Shown here piece after piece: positions 27,875 through 38,070 of a stretch of 64,000 bases of DNA. Numbering within the stretch: position 1 is the stretch's first letter; each line of letters opens with the position of its first letter. The stretch is taken from assembly GCA_965243205.1 (NCBI GenBank), contig CBDEUK010000002.1, positions 832,001 to 896,000 on the forward strand, written 5' to 3'. A model generated the notes under the pieces. It was not told the DNA's origin. It worked only from the letters and a program-made list of their open reading frames with translations, and did not search any database. The DNA is from Gammaproteobacteria bacterium. Lineage in GTDB: Bacteria; Pseudomonadota; Gammaproteobacteria; Eutrophobiales; Eutrophobiaceae. The position numbers were made by a program, and so were the translations under genes.

Positions 27875-28417
27875 TTATTCTAGTCCTTTATATATATTTA
27901 TAAACCCAGTTTTATTCGGCATTTGAAAATTCTTTATAGTTTCAGAATTCATTACTACATCTTCGGCGACGAGGTTATTTAAGTACAGCATATAAGCAAC
28001 CAATGCGTAGGTTTCATCATTCGTTAATGAACCTGGTTGATTCATTGGCATAGAGCGGCGGGTAAAATCGAATAAGGTAGTTGCATATGGCCAATAGGTG
28101 CCTATTGTTTTTTCAGGCCATTCATCGGTAAGTTTATTGATAGCACCGGCAAGTTGCTCGCCTGTATTCCCTACTCCACCTTCACCATGACAGGCTAAAC
28201 ATTTTTCTTGATAGAGTTTTTCACCTTGTTGAACAGAACCAGCACCACTGGGTAATCCAGTACCATCTGGCATGATACCGATATCATAGGTTGTTAACTC
28301 TTCTGCACTAATAGGTTCTCCAAGACCTGGGCCTTGAACAACTTCTGCATGGCTAAGTTGAATGAAGAAAAAATTAATCCCAACCAGCGTCAATAGAAAT
28401 AGTTTCGTTAGATTCAT
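27875..28417 (-). CDS. Monoheme cytochrome c, SoxD-like partner of SoxC
   Basis: Signal peptide from M at 28417; PDGTGLP.G.GS, CLACH, TIGTYWPYATTLFD, RRSMP, MPN. Confidence 0.88.
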   Translation of the reverse strand: MNLTKLFLLTLVGINFFFIQLSHAEVVQGPGLGEPISAEELTTYDIGIMPDGTGLPSGAGSVQQGEKLYQEKCLACHGEGGVGNTGEQLAGAINKLTDEWPEKTIGTYWPYATTLFDFTRRSMPMNQPGSLTNDETYALVAYMLYLNNLVAEDVVMNSETIKNFQMPNKTGFINIYKGLE

Positions 28418-29735
28418 CGTCTTCGCTTTTATAAATATGAGTAATGGAACCATCTTCTTCTACTTGCCACGTAACAATAGCGTTGTAATGAAAGAAGCCA
28501 TGTCGACCACGATTTTTAATCAGTTCTTCACGTTCAGGTTGTACATAACCTGTTTCATCAATGGCCCGGCTTTTTAAAATTGCACTTTGACCATTCCATT
28601 GCCAAGGCATACGAAAACGTGTGAAGGCTCTATCCAAAACAGGTTCTTGTAATTCCGCTTCAGCCCAGGTTTCACCACCATCGGCTGACACTTCTACCGC
28701 TTTGATCTTGCCGTTACCTGTCCAAGCTAAACCAGTAATTTGATATAAACCTGGACGCTTTAATCGCATACCACCTGATGGTGAAAGGATTAATGATTTA
28801 GCTTCCATTACAAAAGTAAACATACGTGCTTTACCGTCAGGTTGTAACTCGGTATATCGCGCAGTTTCATTACGTGCCATTATAGATCGATCAGTAATGG
28901 TTAAACGTCTTACCCATTTCACATGTGTCACCGCTTCCCATCCTGGAAAGATAAGCCGCATCGGATAACCATTCTCTGGTCTGATACGTTCGCCATTTTG
29001 ATAAAGACCTAACATTCCATCTTGCATGGCTTTTTCTAATGGCACAGAGATATTCATCGCAAAGGCATCAGCACCTTCAGCAACTAACCATTTACCTTCG
29101 GGTTTAATTCCAACTTCGTTGAATAATGTCGCCAGTGGAATACCGGTCCATTCCGCATTGGAAACTAAACCATGAAAATAGCCAACATCAGAACGTGATG
29201 GTTGTGTGTTAAAACCTGCATTGCTATTGCCACCACATTCGATAAAGCAAATCTTTGATTGCATTGGATATTGCAATAAATTATCGACGCTAAATTTTTT
29301 CGGTGTTTCGACTAAACCATGTATGACTAATTGATGTTTGGCCGGGTCGATTTGAGGAACACCGTTATGGTGACGCTCGTAATGTAAGCCATTTGGGGTG
29401 ATTGTGCCTTCAAGTTCATGTAACGGTGTCCATGCCACACCATTGCCTGGAACAGACTCATTTGCAGATGGAAATCGAACCACATCAGATTCGTATTCTG
29501 ATGGTTGGCCATAACTAGAGAAAGGATCGCCAGGTTGTTTCATCCAGACTGGATTCGCTGGATCGAATTCAGCTGAGTCCGAAATTGTTTTGTCGATTGA
29601 GGTTTCTGTTTCCGCCGAACACGCGCTGCTCACTATAGCAGCCGAACTGAATACCAAACCTTGTTTGAGGAATAAACGCCTATCGAGCAAGCCATTACCT
29701 GCAACAAAATCTGTAGAATCAATGTCTGGTTTCAT
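28374..29735 (-). CDS. soxC: SoxC-like sulfite dehydrogenase, molybdopterin (sulfite oxidase family), Tat-exported
   Basis: LLDRRLFLK twin-Arg; ITPNGLHYERHH, FIECGGN (Mo-Cys), QNGERIRPENGYP, VKWVRR, SRAIDETGYVQP. Confidence 0.85.
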   Translation of the reverse strand: MKPDIDSTDFVAGNGLLDRRLFLKQGLVFSSAAIVSSACSAETETSIDKTISDSAEFDPANPVWMKQPGDPFSSYGQPSEYESDVVRFPSANESVPGNGVAWTPLHELEGTITPNGLHYERHHNGVPQIDPAKHQLVIHGLVETPKKFSVDNLLQYPMQSKICFIECGGNSNAGFNTQPSRSDVGYFHGLVSNAEWTGIPLATLFNEVGIKPEGKWLVAEGADAFAMNISVPLEKAMQDGMLGLYQNGERIRPENGYPMRLIFPGWEAVTHVKWVRRLTITDRSIMARNETARYTELQPDGKARMFTFVMEAKSLILSPSGGMRLKRPGLYQITGLAWTGNGKIKAVEVSADGGETWAEAELQEPVLDRAFTRFRMPWQWNGQSAILKSRAIDETGYVQPEREELIKNRGRHGFFHYNAIVTWQVEEDGSITHIYKSEDDESNETISIDAGWD

Positions 29736-29812
29736 ACATGAATTTTCTTATTATTTATTAATATATCGTTATATTTCGATATATTAATCTAATGCTGTGA
29801 AAAAACAAAGGT

Positions 29813-30352
29813 TTATTCGTCTTCGAATGGGTCAACAAACGGATCGTCCTGATGCATTTCATCAAATTCAGCTATGAATTGTTCCAAATCTGACGTTTCA
29901 ATATCTCCCGACCAACGCGCGACGACCCGTCCATCTGGATGAAAGAGTGTTGTTTGCGGAATACCAACTAACCTTCTTCCAATTAATTCCGCGGTTAAAT
30001 CTAGATCTGCTAAAAAGATAGGAAAATCAATTGGATTTATCTCAAGAAATTTTTTAACGATATCCGCTTTGCCATACTCAAAACTGGGGTAATCAAGTGT
30101 GACGCCAACAGTGGTGATAGTATCTTTATGTTTTTTATTAAACGCTTCAATCTTAGGTAATTCACGCAAACACCAAGTGCAGGTGGGACTCCAAACATTC
30201 ACCAAAACCCATTTCCCTTTTCCGATATATTGATCCATTGCTTGCACATTGCCATCAACGTCTTCTAGTTTTGGTAAAGAATGCGCTTCAGAACAGGCCA
30301 GCAAAGCACTGAAAGAAATAAGTAATAAGATGTTCGGTAATATGTGTTTCAT
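29813..30352 (-). CDS. TlpA/ResA-like thiol-disulfide oxidoreductase lipoprotein
   Basis: Lipobox LLAC; GKWVLVNVWSPTCTWC; GIPQT cis-Pro loop. Confidence 0.85.
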   Translation of the reverse strand: MKHILPNILLLISFSALLACSEAHSLPKLEDVDGNVQAMDQYIGKGKWVLVNVWSPTCTWCLRELPKIEAFNKKHKDTITTVGVTLDYPSFEYGKADIVKKFLEINPIDFPIFLADLDLTAELIGRRLVGIPQTTLFHPDGRVVARWSGDIETSDLEQFIAEFDEMHQDDPFVDPFEDE

Positions 30353-30384
30353 TTTGTGCGAATCACAATGGTCATTACTCTATT

Positions 30385-31278
30385 CTAGACTGAAATCGAC
30401 AATAATTGTTCCTTATTCAACATAAATACGCCTTCTCCACCATTAGCGAATTCAAACCAGAAAAAGGGAATTTCAGGTAATGCATCAATTAATGCCTGTT
30501 GCGAATGCCCTACTTCTACAATCAATATACCGTTATCATTTAAATAATCTGGAGCCTGTCTTAAAATCTGTTTTACTAAAGATAATCCTTCATCATCAGC
30601 ACGTAAGCCTGTAACCGGTTCATGATGATACTCTTCAGGCAATTCTGCTACTTCCGCATCACTGACATACGGCGGGTTACTTACGATAAGATCATAATTC
30701 TTGGTTTCAATATTTGAAAATAAATCTGATTCAACAGCTCGCATGCGATGAGATAAGTTATGTTCATTAATATTTCTCGTTGCAACTTCAATAGCAGCAG
30801 AAGATATATCAGCAGCATGAACCATAGCTTCTTCAAAAGCATAAGCACATGCAATGGCTATACAACCAGAACCTGTTCCAATGTCTAATATATTATTTAC
30901 TGAATTAATATCTAACCAAGGTTGAAACCGTTCTTCAATTAACTCGGCGATGGGCGAACGAGGGATTAATACATTTTCATTCACATAAAAAGGTAAGCCA
31001 CAAAACCATGCTTCGTTAAGTAAATAAGCCATTGGTTTTCGAGAATCGATACGTTGTTGGCAAATTTCATCTATTGTGTTTATTTGTTGAGAATCGACCA
31101 ACTCTTGAACAGCTTCTTCTGAACAATCAAATGGTAAATTTAAAACAGTGAATACTAAATAAACGGCTTCATCTAATGGATTGGATGTACCATGACCATA
31201 AAACAGATTTGCTTTATCAAAACGTTCTTCAATGATATGAACTAACTCAAGAACGGTTAGTGAATTTTGATCAGACAA
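30385..31278 (-). CDS. prmB: Ribosomal protein L3 N5-glutamine methyltransferase
   Basis: YGHGT, IPRSPIAELI, LDIGTGSG, SNPPY, HEP, VEVG, GGEGVF; likely TTG start at 31278 overlapping the HD-GYP stop. Confidence 0.95.
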   Translation of the reverse strand: MSDQNSLTVLELVHIIEERFDKANLFYGHGTSNPLDEAVYLVFTVLNLPFDCSEEAVQELVDSQQINTIDEICQQRIDSRKPMAYLLNEAWFCGLPFYVNENVLIPRSPIAELIEERFQPWLDINSVNNILDIGTGSGCIAIACAYAFEEAMVHAADISSAAIEVATRNINEHNLSHRMRAVESDLFSNIETKNYDLIVSNPPYVSDAEVAELPEEYHHEPVTGLRADDEGLSLVKQILRQAPDYLNDNGILIVEVGHSQQALIDALPEIPFFWFEFANGGEGVFMLNKEQLLSISV

Positions 31279-32893
31279 TCGGAGAATATCCAGGCAGGTT
31301 ATTGAGATCGACTTCATCGATCTGTTCAGGATTTAAATATTCTTCTGCAAACTTTAAATATACTTTTTGATCGATAAACACATCAAACAATTGCGAATCA
31401 ACATGGTTATCTTGTTTCATACGTCCCAGTATTGATAAGGCTTGTGAAAGTTTCATACCTTTTTTATATGGACGACTTACTGATGTTAATGCTTCAAATA
31501 CATCAGCAATGGCTAACATACGAGCAGGTACAGACATTTGCTCCTGAGTTAAGCCGTTTGGATAACCTGTACCATCCATACGTTCATGATGACCACCAGC
31601 ATATTCAGGTACACGCTCTAAATGTTTAGGATAAGGCAATGATTCCAACATTTTTATAGTAACGGAAACATGATTATGGATAATTTCTCGTTCGCGTAGG
31701 GTTAAAGTACCGCGGCTAATTTGTAAATTATTAATTTCTTCATCGCTTAATAACGGTTTGGTATTGTTATCCGAATAAGTAATAGATGTTTCAGCAATAT
31801 TTTCGATACTGAGTTTATCTTCTTCTGATAAATATTCACCGCCAACATTGGTTTTTTGAATAAAGTCTCGTTGTTTTAGTAATCGATCTACTTCTTGTTG
31901 ATATTGAAGATCTTCTTTGGCTTCGAAACCATCATTTTCCGATGTGCGTAACAACGCTTTTATTCTTGCATCACGAATTAATATTTCATATCGTAAATTA
32001 ACTAATTCAATTCGATCATAAATCGTTTCTAATTTAGTACTTTTATCAACGACATATTCAGGCGTGGTAATTTTTCCGCAATCATGTAACCAAGCTGCCA
32101 CATCTAACTCATAAATTTCTTCATCCGTCATATTAAAATCTTTGAACGGTCCCTTATCAATATCACATACTGCTCTAGCTAACATATTCGTGATTACAGG
32201 TACTCGTAAACAATGTTCACCAGTATGCGGAGATTTTTCATCAATAGCGACAGCGATTAATTTAATAAATGCATCAAAAAGATTTTTTTGTGATTCGAGT
32301 AAATTTTTATTAGTGATAGCAACAGCTGCTTGAGAAGCAAGTGAACCAACTAATTGCTGATCTAAAACTGAAAACTCTTTTACCATATTCGTTTTACGAT
32401 CGATTGCATTAATTAACTGTAATACGCCAATCACTTCGTCCTTATCTTTACATAAAGGTACTGTAAGAAATGATTGTGATCGATATGACATCTTACTGTC
32501 GAATTTACGTGTGCCTGAAAAATCAAATTGCTCATCTTCATAGGCATCTTTAATATTTAATACCTCTGAATTAAGAGCGACACAGGCAGCCACGTTTACG
32601 TAATTAGGTTTTTCATCTTCATCATAGAGTGGAATTGGATAAAACTGGATGGGTTTCGAACTTTTACCCCCTTGATGTAATTTCAAAGAGTGGTTATGCA
32701 TGATCTCAAACATGAGTTCTTTATTCGTTTCATCCATGAGATATAAAGTCCCGCCATCTGCATTGGTAATATCCATTGCACGCAGTAAGATCATTTCCAT
32801 TAAACGCTCATGATCCTTTTCTGCAGAGAGCGCGACACCAATATCACTCAACTCTTTGAGTAGTTTGGATATATCGACTTCAGAAATATCCAT
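31271..32893 (-). CDS. GAF plus HD-GYP c-di-GMP phosphodiesterase
   Basis: GAF (ADGGTLY, FDSKMSYRSQSFL, GVLQLIN); HTGEHC, LHDCGK, HHERMDGTGYP, ADVFEAL, RPYK. Confidence 0.92.
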   Translation of the reverse strand: MDISEVDISKLLKELSDIGVALSAEKDHERLMEMILLRAMDITNADGGTLYLMDETNKELMFEIMHNHSLKLHQGGKSSKPIQFYPIPLYDEDEKPNYVNVAACVALNSEVLNIKDAYEDEQFDFSGTRKFDSKMSYRSQSFLTVPLCKDKDEVIGVLQLINAIDRKTNMVKEFSVLDQQLVGSLASQAAVAITNKNLLESQKNLFDAFIKLIAVAIDEKSPHTGEHCLRVPVITNMLARAVCDIDKGPFKDFNMTDEEIYELDVAAWLHDCGKITTPEYVVDKSTKLETIYDRIELVNLRYEILIRDARIKALLRTSENDGFEAKEDLQYQQEVDRLLKQRDFIQKTNVGGEYLSEEDKLSIENIAETSITYSDNNTKPLLSDEEINNLQISRGTLTLREREIIHNHVSVTIKMLESLPYPKHLERVPEYAGGHHERMDGTGYPNGLTQEQMSVPARMLAIADVFEALTSVSRPYKKGMKLSQALSILGRMKQDNHVDSQLFDVFIDQKVYLKFAEEYLNPEQIDEVDLNNLPGYSPIV

Positions 32894-32901
32894 AAAAAAT
32901 A

Positions 32902-34815
32902 CTAACCTGCATCCATTTCGATGAAGAGTTTATTGAACCTTTGAACAAAGCCTGCAGGGTCATCTAGCTGCCCACCTTCACTTAGTAAAGCCTGGTCAAA
33001 TAAAATTTTTGACCATTCACCTAATTGCTCTTCCTTTTGTTCATCTTTTATTTTAAGCACAATAGGATGATCCGCATTAATCTCTAGTATCGGTTTTGTA
33101 CCAGGCCCCATCATTTTTTGACCTGAAGCTTTTAATATTCTCTCCAAGTTCAAGCCCATATCATTTTCATCCGCGACTAAACAAGCTGGAGACGTTGTTA
33201 AGCGATTCGTAATACGGACATCTTTCACTTTATCTTCAAGGATGTTTTTGATCTTATCGCAAAGCTCGATAACTTCCTTATCATCTTTTTTACTATCTTC
33301 ATTCTCAGAAGTATCTTTATCTTCTCCTAGATCCAGTTCTCCTTTTGTCACAGATTGTAATGGCTTACCATCAAACTCTGTTAGATGAGTTGTTACCCAT
33401 TCATCGACATGATCGGTTAAAAATAACACTTCGATATCTTTTTTTCTGAAAATTTCTAAATGTGGGCTGTTTTTAGCAGTCGCAAAACTTTCAGCAGTTA
33501 CGTAGAAGATTGCCTTTTGGTCATCTTTCATACGACTAACGTAATCTTCTAATGAAGTATTTTGTTCTTCCGTATCAGTATGAGTTGAAGCAAATCGGAA
33601 TAGCTTCGCAATATCTTCACGTTTTTCTGGCTCGTCGATCACACCTTCTTTGATCACCCGGCCGAATTCTTTCCAGAAATCTGCGTATTTTTCAGGCTCT
33701 TTTTTAGATAGTGAAGCTAATGTATCGAGAATTTTTTTTGTGCAGCCTGCACGCATCGAATCGATGGTTTTATTCTGCTGTAGAATTTCTCTAGAGACAT
33801 TCAAAGGCAAATCGTCTGAATCCACTACACCTTTTACAAAACGTAAAAAAGAAGGCAATAATTGCTTAGCATCATCCATGATAAAAATACGTTTCACATA
33901 AAGTTTAACGCCATGACTCTGTTCTCGATCCCACATATCAAACGGTGCACGTTTGGGAATAAATAATAGACTGGTGTATTCCGTTTTACCTTCAACTCGA
34001 TTATGGGTAAATGCTAATGGATCTTCATAATCATGAGCAATGTGTTTGTAAAATTCATTATATTCTTCTTCCTTAATATCGCGTTTATTCTTTGTCCATA
34101 ATGCGGTCGCACTGTTGATAACTTCGATTCCAGCTTCTTGCTCTTTACCATCTTCATCCTTAGTGACTTCTTTAGCCATCTCAATTGGCAATGAAATGTG
34201 ATCAGAATATTTTTTTATAATTTCACGTAGACGGTAACCGTTTAAAAACTCTTTATCTTCATCACGTAAAAATAATGTAATTCGAGTTCCTCGGTTAGGT
34301 CTATCGATAGTCTCAACCGTATAATCCCCTTTACCTTCTGAAGACCACTTAACGCCTTCGGCTCTTGGCAAACCCGCTTTTCGGGTCATGACTTCAACTC
34401 TATCAGCCACAATAAATGATGAGTAAAAACCAACACCGAATTGTCCAATCAGTTGAGCATCATGTTGCTGATCTCCAGTTAAGGCATCAAAAAACTGTTT
34501 AGTACCAGACTTGGCAATAGTGCCCAGATGCTCAATCACATCATCGCGTGACATACCGATACCATTATCTATCACGCTGAGAGTTTTTAGTTTTTCATCA
34601 AATTCAATGGTGATTTTTAAATCTGGATCGTTTTCGTAAAGCGAGTCATCTTTCAACGCTAAAAATCGTAATTTATCTGCAGCATCAGAAGCATTTGAAA
34701 TCAATTCACGTAAAAATATTTCTTTATTGCTGTATAGAGAATGGATCATCAAATCCAATAATTGAGTCACTTCGGTTTGAAAACCAAGCGTTTCCTGGTT
34801 CGAGTTTTCTGTCAT
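32902..34815 (-). CDS. htpG: Chaperone HtpG (Hsp90)
   Basis: YSNKEIFLRELISNASDA, DNGIGM, GTIAKSGT, IGQFGVGFYS, LPLNVSRE. Confidence 0.98.
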   Translation of the reverse strand: MTENSNQETLGFQTEVTQLLDLMIHSLYSNKEIFLRELISNASDAADKLRFLALKDDSLYENDPDLKITIEFDEKLKTLSVIDNGIGMSRDDVIEHLGTIAKSGTKQFFDALTGDQQHDAQLIGQFGVGFYSSFIVADRVEVMTRKAGLPRAEGVKWSSEGKGDYTVETIDRPNRGTRITLFLRDEDKEFLNGYRLREIIKKYSDHISLPIEMAKEVTKDEDGKEQEAGIEVINSATALWTKNKRDIKEEEYNEFYKHIAHDYEDPLAFTHNRVEGKTEYTSLLFIPKRAPFDMWDREQSHGVKLYVKRIFIMDDAKQLLPSFLRFVKGVVDSDDLPLNVSREILQQNKTIDSMRAGCTKKILDTLASLSKKEPEKYADFWKEFGRVIKEGVIDEPEKREDIAKLFRFASTHTDTEEQNTSLEDYVSRMKDDQKAIFYVTAESFATAKNSPHLEIFRKKDIEVLFLTDHVDEWVTTHLTEFDGKPLQSVTKGELDLGEDKDTSENEDSKKDDKEVIELCDKIKNILEDKVKDVRITNRLTTSPACLVADENDMGLNLERILKASGQKMMGPGTKPILEINADHPIVLKIKDEQKEEQLGEWSKILFDQALLSEGGQLDDPAGFVQRFNKLFIEMDAG

Positions 34816-35022
34816 TCTTTCCTCTTTATTGATACATATTTCGAAAATTATGGTGCGCTATTTTAGCCATTTTTTCCCCTATATAAAGCTTTGATTGCTA
34901 TAATTTTTCAAATTCACAACGGTTGCAGGGAAAATTACAATACTAATGACTACAAAATCTGTGTATTACCTTTATAATAAGTAAAAATATCATTTCTTCC
35001 TTCTTAAATTTATGAGTTGTCA

Positions 35023-35517
35023 ATGCGACCGGTAATTTTTCATAAACATGTATTTATTCTTTTTATCTTTACGGTATTAACCGCATGTAATTCTATTACA
35101 ACAAAAAACCATCTTAATAATGATGAAATAAATATCGTTTTAGAGCATCAGCAAAAAGCTGATGCCGCTTATGATGTAGAAAATTGGTCATTAGCCATAG
35201 AACATTATGAGGCATTAGTAAAACTCCACCCTAATAATGATTCTGTGTGGTTTCGATTGGGGAATTGTTATTCCCAAGCTAATAAAAATGAACAAGCATT
35301 ACTTGCTTACACAAAAGCCTATGAGATTGAGCCCAAGAATACCAAAGCTTGGCATAACAAAGGTACCTTGCAACTTAGAATGGCCACTGACACATTTGTT
35401 AAAATGCAAGAACATGCAACCGCAGAAGATCCTTATGCTAAACGCGGTCGTTATGTTGTGAGATCGATTCAAGATATTTTGCAAAAAGGTTTTGGAGTCT
35501 CTATTGATAATGAATAA
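35023..35517 (+). CDS. TPR-repeat lipoprotein
   Basis: Lipobox LTAC; TPR patterns VWFRLGNCY, AWHNKG. Confidence 0.8.
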   Translation: MRPVIFHKHVFILFIFTVLTACNSITTKNHLNNDEINIVLEHQQKADAAYDVENWSLAIEHYEALVKLHPNNDSVWFRLGNCYSQANKNEQALLAYTKAYEIEPKNTKAWHNKGTLQLRMATDTFVKMQEHATAEDPYAKRGRYVVRSIQDILQKGFGVSIDNE

Positions 35518-36085
35518 AAATAATTCTCTTTATATCAATGCTCTTTTTTTTCTCATTATTTTAATCTTCGGTTGTGGAAACGACGATATAGAAAATAATA
35601 ATTCTAAAAAAATTATAAAGACAACAGATCCTACTATTGAGCAATTACGCGAGGCGTTCGCAAATGTTATTAAATTAAAAAATATTCAAATACCAAATAA
35701 TAATAATCAACAAATTCAAATAGAAAATAAGCATTATTTATTTGATGTTACGGAACACACTATTGAAGAACTAGAAGATCTACTATCACGTATCGCAGAA
35801 GTTACAGAAGCTTCACCTGAAGCATTTAATGATCTGGAAATTATTATGGTTTTACATGGCCCTGACATCGATTATTTTACTAAAAAAAATTATCTTGAGA
35901 ATAAATCTATTGTCGATTTAGCCGCTAAACTAGATGCCTTTAATACGATTGATATGAAAGTATGTAAAACGACTATGAATAGTTTAGGGTTTGAACTTAG
36001 TGAGCTACCTGAGTTTATTGAACCTGTTCCTTTCGCTCCAAAAACTATCAGTTCTTATAAAGAACAAGGTTATATTAATTTATAA
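35510..36085 (+). CDS. DsrE-like domain lipoprotein
   Basis: ATG 35510 overlaps the TPR gene stop; lipobox-like IFGC; IIMVLHGP, MKVCKTTM, LPEFIEPVP, EQGY pattern of the DsrE family. Confidence 0.7.
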   Translation: MNKNNSLYINALFFLIILIFGCGNDDIENNNSKKIIKTTDPTIEQLREAFANVIKLKNIQIPNNNNQQIQIENKHYLFDVTEHTIEELEDLLSRIAEVTEASPEAFNDLEIIMVLHGPDIDYFTKKNYLENKSIVDLAAKLDAFNTIDMKVCKTTMNSLGFELSELPEFIEPVPFAPKTISSYKEQGYINL

Positions 36086-36104
36086 ATAAATATTGAGTAT
36101 ATAG

Positions 36105-36650
36105 ATGGAAAAAAAACAAGAAAAATCATTAGAAATGACCATACTAATGACACCTGACATGGCAAATTTTGCTGGGAATGTTCATGGAGGTGCATTATTA
36201 AAATTATTAGACCAAGCTGCTTATGCCTGTGCGGCTCGATATAGTAAGTCATATGTAGTCACATTATCCCTTGACCAAGTTATTTTCAAAGAACCCATCA
36301 AAGTTGGAGAGTTAGTCACTGTCTTAGCAAATGTAAACTATGTTGGAAGGACCTCAATGGAGGTTGGTGTAAAAGTATTCTCTGAAAACTTACAAACCAA
36401 AGTAAGACGTCACACCAATTCAAGCTATTTCACTATGGTTGCTATTGGTGAGGATGGTAAAAAAGTAGAAGTACCACCGATTCAATTCGATACAGATATG
36501 GAAAAAAGACTCTATGAGTGCGCTAAAATGCGTCGCGAAATGCGCCAAGAGGTCATGCGTAAAAATTTAGAAATTACCAAAGGAACCGATGATGAAGATT
36601 CAGAAATGGATATTAATAACGATGATTTTAAAGACGAACATTTAATGTAA
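36105..36650 (+). CDS. Acyl-CoA thioesterase (hot-dog fold)
   Basis: ANFAGNVHGG, LDQAAY, VGRTSMEVG, YFTMVA. Confidence 0.92.
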   Translation: MEKKQEKSLEMTILMTPDMANFAGNVHGGALLKLLDQAAYACAARYSKSYVVTLSLDQVIFKEPIKVGELVTVLANVNYVGRTSMEVGVKVFSENLQTKVRRHTNSSYFTMVAIGEDGKKVEVPPIQFDTDMEKRLYECAKMRREMRQEVMRKNLEITKGTDDEDSEMDINNDDFKDEHLM

Positions 36651-36654
36651 TAGT

Positions 36655-37599
36655 TTATTTAAAATGTTCATGGCCTGAATAACTATTAACAACATTGCTA
36701 CCATCTTTATCAATTAAATTTAACCGATCACCTTTGGTAATTTTACCAATACAGGTGATCGGAATTTCCAAATCATGAGATATTTTCTCAATACTATTTT
36801 TTTTATTATCTGGAGCTGTGAAACACAGTTCATAATCATCGCCTGAAGCCAATGCATGTTTAATAGCATTATCTAAACTTGTTAGCTTCTGTAATTCATT
36901 GGAAAGAGGCAAGGAATCTAAATAAATATCTGCTCCAACTGTACTTAAATTCAATATCCGTTCTAAATCTAAAATTAAGCCATCTGAAATATCAATCATA
37001 CTATTTGCAATATCGACTAATGACTGACCTAACGCTACTCTTGGAGTTGGCTTAAATAATTTATCTTGTATTAACTTAGCATCTTCTAAATTCTTAATGC
37101 ATTCTAAAGCAAGGCCAGCATCACCAAGAAAACCACTGACATAAATATTGTCTCCGATAGTTGCACCAGTACGAAGAATACTTTTTCCAATTTCTGACAA
37201 TCCTAATACTGTAATTGAAATCGATAATGGACCTTTAGATAAATCACCACCAATTAAATCCACTGCGTATTGTTCTGATAACTCGAATAAACCTTTACTA
37301 AAAGCTTCTAGCCAAAGCTCAGAAATTTCAGGCATTGTAATTGACAATAAAAAAGCCTTAGGTATAGCAGCCATTGCTGCCATATCACTTAAATTTACCG
37401 CCAATGATTTATAAGCAATATCTTCTGGTTTTTGATCAGCAAAGAAATGTACATCAGAAACTAAGGTATCTACTGAGGTGGCTAATTGATATCCTGGTGG
37501 TACATCTAATACAGCGGCATCATCACCAATGCCTAAAATAGTTTCAGGTTGTTTAGTTTGAGATAAAAAATATTTTCGTATTATCTCGGATTCTTTCAT
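36655..37599 (-). CDS. thiL: Thiamine-monophosphate kinase
   Basis: GIGDDAA, VNLSDMAAM, IGGD, DISDGL, GDDYEL; follows nusB. Confidence 0.96.
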   Translation of the reverse strand: MKESEIIRKYFLSQTKQPETILGIGDDAAVLDVPPGYQLATSVDTLVSDVHFFADQKPEDIAYKSLAVNLSDMAAMAAIPKAFLLSITMPEISELWLEAFSKGLFELSEQYAVDLIGGDLSKGPLSISITVLGLSEIGKSILRTGATIGDNIYVSGFLGDAGLALECIKNLEDAKLIQDKLFKPTPRVALGQSLVDIANSMIDISDGLILDLERILNLSTVGADIYLDSLPLSNELQKLTSLDNAIKHALASGDDYELCFTAPDNKKNSIEKISHDLEIPITCIGKITKGDRLNLIDKDGSNVVNSYSGHEHFK

Positions 37600-37617
37600 T
37601 GAAACGAAAAAAAATCG

Positions 37618-38070
37618 CTATTGAGTAAAAGCTTGAATTTCTGTTGCGCGAATAGCTTGAGCCGCTTGGTCTATAATTTTATTAACATATTTATAAGAAT
37701 CTTCTGCGCCAAACATTTTTGCCAACTCAACATATTCATTAATCACGACACGCCAAGGTAATTCTGGGTGATAGAGTAATTCGTAAACTCCTAAATCCAA
37801 TATAGATAATTCTACTGGATCAATTTCATCTAATGGCCTATCAAGATAACTTTTATAGTTTTCACGTATGGTTTCAGTATTCTTTTTTACACCATGCAAA
37901 AGGCTTTCAAAATAGTTTATGTCAGCCTTATTAATTTCAGAACGTTCTTCTTTAAACTGCTTAATAACATCATGCATATCTACATCCGTCATATGCCATT
38001 GATAAATAGCTTGCATAGCATTACGCCGAGCTTTCACTTTTGCACGATTAGAAGACGTTTCACTCACCAC
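37618..38070 (-). CDS. nusB: Transcription antitermination factor NusB
   Basis: ARRNAMQAIYQW, VVINEYVELAKMFG, KYVN. Confidence 0.95.
   Translation of the reverse strand: MVSETSSNRAKVKARRNAMQAIYQWHMTDVDMHDVIKQFKEERSEINKADINYFESLLHGVKKNTETIRENYKSYLDRPLDEIDPVELSILDLGVYELLYHPELPWRVVINEYVELAKMFGAEDSYKYVNKIIDQAAQAIRATEIQAFTQ

Noticed and set aside
34816-35016. sigma32 promoter for htpG
   Set aside because: The CCCCTATAT -10-like element is on the wrong strand; no properly spaced CTTGAA/CCCCAT pair on the minus strand.
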